From the NCBI RefSeq assembly GCF_032444005.1, contig NC_091288.1, forward strand, positions 187,116,001-187,180,000: 64,000 nt of DNA. The letters are read 5' to 3'. The notes under the pieces are model-generated. The model worked only from the letters and a program-made list of their open reading frames with translations, searched no databases and was not told where the DNA came from. Within the stretch, counting starts at the first letter, position 1. Each line of letters begins with the position of its first letter. Of the stretch, positions 59,720-64,000 are shown piece by piece. A program made the translations under genes and the position numbers. This DNA comes from Ranitomeya imitator. Taxonomy: Eukaryota.

Positions 59720-61177
59720 ATGAGCGACCCGGCATCACCTTTGCCCGAATCACCTCCACCTGTAGCGTCGCCGCAGCAGCAGCAAAAAAGGCGACAGCAG
59801 AAAGGGCACCAGGACATCAGCAAAGAACGCCAAAGGTCCCAACACAGTAAGGAGTCCAGTACGGCGTCGGGGAAAAAGCCAGAGGCAGAGAATCCCCAAT
59901 CGGTATTTATGGGTCCTGGAGGTGGTAAGTGGATCTTTGTGAAAGTCAGAGACAGTAAAATTGTTATTTGTCTCTTTTAGGGGAGGAAAAGCGTAGGTAA
60001 AACTAAGCACAAAATTTGTGCCATCTGTAGAGAGGATCTTCCACCTACCTGGGAGAAGAGACTATGCAATACTTGCATTCAGCAGACTGTATCTGAAAGC
60101 CTTCCTGGGTTTGCAACAGATCTGAAAAACCTAATTAAGGAGCAAGTGGAGGACACCTTTAGATCACTAAAAAGTGGAAAAAAAAGGAGAAAGACCAGAC
60201 ACAGGTCCCCATCTCCAGTCTCAAAATCCGACAGCGATAGTGAGAGTTCAGTGTCCTCCGACTCCTCCTCCGCATCTTCATCATCTACTTCTTCCTCGGG
60301 GGGACATAACTGTTTCCCTCTAGAGGATACCGATGGCCTCATAAAAGCAGTGAGAAGTACCATGGGTTTGGTAGACTCCCACCCTAAAAAATCGGTACAA
60401 GACATCATGTTTGGGGGCCTGGAACAGAAAAAGAGAAGAGTTTTTCCGCTTAACGAAGCAATTGCAGCCTTAATTAAGAAGGAATGGAAGAAACCCATGA
60501 GAAAGACTCTTCTAACTCCAAAAAGGAAATACTCCTTCGAGGAGGAATCCTGCTCCTTTTGGGAGAAGGCCCCCAAATTAGACGTAGCAATTGCTAAAGC
60601 CTCAAAAAAATTTGCTCTCCCGTTTGAGGACATGGGGGTCCTAAAAGACCCTCTGGACAAGAAGGTGGACACCTTTCTCAAAGGCTCCTGGGAGGCAGCG
60701 GGAGGAGGCCTGAAGCCGGCAGTAGCAGCAGTATGTACTTCACGCTCCCTGATGATTTGGCTGAACCAACTAGAGGGTCAATTAAAGGGGAAAACTTCCC
60801 GGGTCTCAATTCTGAATACATTACCAGTAATGAGGGGGGCCGCGGCTTTCCTAGCTGATGCCTCGGCCGACTCCATCAGGCTATCCGCCAGAGCAGCAGT
60901 GTTTGCTAATGCGGCCAGGCGCGCCCTCTGGCTTAAGAATTGGCCAGGCGACCTGCAAACGAAAACAAAACTGTGTACCATCCCCTGTGAAGGAGAATTT
61001 CTGTTCGGTTCTACCTTAGACGACATCTTGGAAAAAGCTGGGGACAAGAAAAAGTCCTTCCCCTCTCTGGGAGGTTTTTCCGTAAGAGGCCAGGGGAAAT
61101 GGGAAGATAAAGCTAAACCCCTTGTTTTTGTTCTTCTTAACAAAAACCTCAATGACAACAAAAAACCTTCACAATGA
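59720..61177 (+). CDS. DIRS ORF1 (gag-like, CxxC...CxxC); probably spliced as 59720-59902 plus 59981-61177, about 459 aa
   Basis: 59720-59980 and 59981-61177 are in the same frame, separated only by a TAG that forms the acceptor tctcttttag; CAIC...CNTC; APKLDVAIA and LKDPLDKK motifs. Confidence 0.7.
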
Positions 61178-61179
61178 AG

Positions 61180-63834
61180 GTTCACCCCAGGTGGGAGGGA
61201 GATTATCTCTCTTTCTCCCAGCCTGGGAAAAGATTACCTCCAGTCAATGGATACTAAACATCATAGAATCAGGACTGAGGTTAACATTCAAGAGGTGCCA
61301 TCGTCCCTCTTTCAAGATAACATCCACAAGATCCTCGGCAGAAGGGTACCGTCACACTATACCATTTCGATCGCTACGACGGTACGATTCGTGACGTTCC
61401 AGCGATATTGTTACGATATCGCTGTGTCTGACACACAGCAGCGATCAGGGATCCTGCTGAGAATCGTACGTCGTAGCAGATCGTTCAGAACTTTCTTTCA
61501 TCGCTGGATCTCCCGCTGTCATCGCTAGATCGGTGTGTGTGACACCGATCGAGCGATGCGTTCCAGCGATGCGTTCGCTTATAACCAGGGTAAACATCGG
61601 GTAACTAAGCGCAGGACCGCGCTTAGTAACCCGATGTTTACCCTGGTTACAAGCGTAAAACTAAAAAAAAAAAAACAGCACATACTTACATTCTGGTGTC
61701 CGTCAGGTCCCTTGCCGTCTGCTTCCCGCACTCACTGACTGCCGGCCGTAAAGTGAAAGTGAAAGCACAGCCGCTGTGCTCTGCTTTCACTTTACGGCCG
61801 GCAGTCACAGTGCGGGAAGCAGACGGCAAGGGACCTGACGGACACCAGAATGTAAGTATGTGCTGTTTTTTTTTTTTTAGTTTTACGCTTGTAACCAGGG
61901 TAAACATCGGGTTACTAAGCGCGGTCCTGCGCTTAGTTACCCGATGTTTACCCTGGTTACCCAGGGACCTCAGCATCGTTGGTCGCTGGAGAGCTGTCTG
62001 TGTGACAGCTCCCCAGCGACCACACTACGATTTACCTACGATCACGGCCAGGTCATATCGCTGGTCGTGATCGTAGGTAAATCGTATAGTGTGACGGTAC
62101 CCGAAGAGCAGTTGACGCTAGAAAACGAGGTTGACGGGTTAGTAAAAAAAGGAGTACTCCTGGAGGTTCCCCCTCAAGAAAGAGGGCAAGGGTACTATTC
62201 CCTTCTATTCCTGAGAAAGAAGCCAGACGGTTCCTTCAGGACCATTATCAATTTGAAAAACCTAAACAACCACCTAGCGGTTCAAGCATTCAAGATGGAA
62301 ACGAAAAAGTCATCTATCAAAATGCTGTTTCCTCAATGCTTCATGGTGGACCTGGACCTGAAGGACGCATATTATCACGTCCCAATACACAAGGATCACC
62401 AAAAATTCCTCAGAATGGCGGTCCACATCAAGGGAGTCCTAAGTCATTTCCAGTTCTCAGCTCTACCATTTGGCCTAGCAATAGCCCCGAGGGTTTTTAC
62501 AAAGCTGGTCGCGGAGGTAATGGCTCACCTCAGGGAAGAAAACATCCTGATTGTACCATATCTGGACGATTTCCTGGTGATAGGCTCCTCCCCGCAACAT
62601 TGCGAGAATCAACTAGCTTTAGTGATTCATTCTCTAAAGGAACTGGGTTGGCTAACAAACCTAGAAAAATCCAGACTGGTGCCTTCTCAGGTTCAGGAGT
62701 ACCTAGGTCTCACTCTAGACTCCAAAAAAATGGAATGTCGGCTCCCGGAGAGCAAAATACAAAAGCTAAAAAATTTAGTGTTGAGTACAATCTCTCCCCT
62801 CTATAACACTCCGTCAGGGCATGTCCCTGTTAGGCTCTATGACCTCTTGCATCCCTGCGGTCCAGTGGGCCCAACTACATTCAAGAGATCTCCAATGGCA
62901 GCTACTGTCAGAGCAAATCCTTCTAGGAGGGCATTTAGACGGGCGGTTAACATTATCTCCTCGCACCAATCACTCTCTGACTTGGTGGTCGTTGCAGGAA
63001 AATCTTTCCCAGGGAGTCCCATGGGTAATCCCGATATCAAAGGTCCTAACTACGGACGCAAGCCCCTCAGGGTGGGGGGCTCATCTGGGCGACCTAGTAG
63101 CCCAGGGCATTTGGTCTCCGTCCCTGGCAAACAATTCCTCCAATATGAAGGAACTCCTTGCGGTAAAATTTGCCCTTCAGGAATTCTTGGGAGTTCTTCA
63201 ATCCCACCATGTAAGGGTGATGTCTGACAATCGGGTGGTAGTATCTTACCTAAATCACCAGGGGGGCACCCGTTCCAAAAATCTAATGGAAGTGACCAAC
63301 TCAATCCTACAAATAGCCGAGAGCAACCTTCTATCCCTGACAAGCCTGCACATAAAGGGAATAGACAATTACAAGGCAGACTTCCTCAGCCGGTCCAGCC
63401 TAAAACAGGGGGAGTGGGAACTAAATCAAGTGATATTTACCCAGATCACGCAAAAATGGGGTGTTCCCAAAATAGATCTCTTGGCGAGCCATTTAAACAA
63501 AAAAGTAGCCTCCTTTTGCTCCCTATCTCCCCTGGGGAACCCAGTAGCTGTGGACGCTTTTCTGATTTCTTGGGGTCACCATCTGGTCTATGCCTTCCCT
63601 CCTCTCATTCTGATTCCAGCAGTGCTGAGGAAGATTCGGGAGGACGGGGCGTTGGTCATCTTAATTGCCCCGTTCTGGCCGAAGAGACCTTGGTTCTCAT
63701 GGATGAGGAAGATTTCAATATCTGACCCTTGGGTATTACCAGACCTCCAGGATCTGTTGTCACAGGGCCCAGTCTGTCATCCACGGGTCAAGAACTTGCA
63801 CTTGACAGCTTGGCTCTTGAGAGGAAAATATTAG
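61180..63834 (+). pseudogene. DIRS ORF2 (RT, RNase H, methyltransferase-like), disrupted
   Basis: VGGRLSLFLPAW, LDLKDAYYHVPI, LPFGL, YLDD, TTDAS.SGWGA, IDLLAS...DAF...YAFPP; Harbinger insertion plus one frameshift near 62795. Confidence 0.88.
61344..62102. mobile_element. PIF/Harbinger-type element in the DIRS RT
   Basis: Perfect TIR gggtaccgtcacactatac-type ends; 3-bp TSD GAA (61341-61343, 62103-62105); removal restores SSAE-EQLTLE in frame. Confidence 0.88.
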
Positions 63835-64000
63835 AAAGCAGGGGGTTCTCTCCGGGGTTAATATCAACTCTGTTAAAAAGTAGGAAGCCGGTTACAACAA
63901 AACAGTATGGCAAAATATGGAAAAAGTTTGTCTTCTTCAGGTGCAAAAATAGGGAAAGAAATTCCCCTTAATTCCATATTAGAGTTCCTACAAAACGGGT
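63729..64000 (+). pseudogene. DIRS ORF3 (tyrosine recombinase) N-terminal part, frameshifted, truncated by the window edge
   Basis: GFSPGLISTLLKSRKPVTTKQYGKIWKKF, then a shifted frame ...IPLNSILEFLQNG, typical of the DIRS YR N-terminus; overlaps the ORF2 end. Confidence 0.7.

Larger units (their letters stand above)
58863..64000 (+). mobile_element. DIRS1-like tyrosine-recombinase retrotransposon (runs off the window)
   Basis: Terminal region tttctct...cccatgacggc with a perfect 14-bp inverted repeat (58911-58924, 58963-58976); ORF1, then RT-RNase H-methyltransferase-like ORF2, then overlapping YR ORF3. Confidence 0.92.

Overview
Repeat-rich vertebrate genomic DNA, almost certainly from a frog. 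This is inferred from the TE families, the single-coding-exon RING/B-box/SPRY TRIM and the THUMPD1 sequence. The only host genes I can support are two direct tandem copies of one head-to-head cassette: a TRIM with an uninterrupted ORF (minus strand) and a 4-coding-exon THUMPD1 (plus strand) sharing a short promoter. Copy A spans about 12.4-34.3 kb and copy B about 43.4-58.9 kb. All four ORFs are open and all THUMPD1 introns are GT-AG. The copies differ in amino acids (clustered in a SPRY loop; several conserved THUMPD1 residues changed in copy B), in promoter and intron minisatellite copy number, and in many copy-specific TE insertions whose empty sites are visible in the other copy. The rest is nested mobile DNA: an internally deleted class III (ERV-S/ERV-L-like) provirus with a perfect tRNA-Ser primer site, a DIRS retrotransposon running off the right edge, a Tc1, a CR1 fragment, Penelope-type insertions with hammerhead-ribozyme motifs, V-SINEs, and piggyBac-, hAT-, Harbinger-, Tc2- and Helitron-like non-autonomous elements. 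No rRNA, tRNA gene or CRISPR array. I found no demonstrably new system; the best candidate for one is the duplicated, diverging TRIM-THUMPD1 bidirectional cassette. All counts are by hand and approximate, and a false (haplotypic) duplication in the assembly is not excluded.
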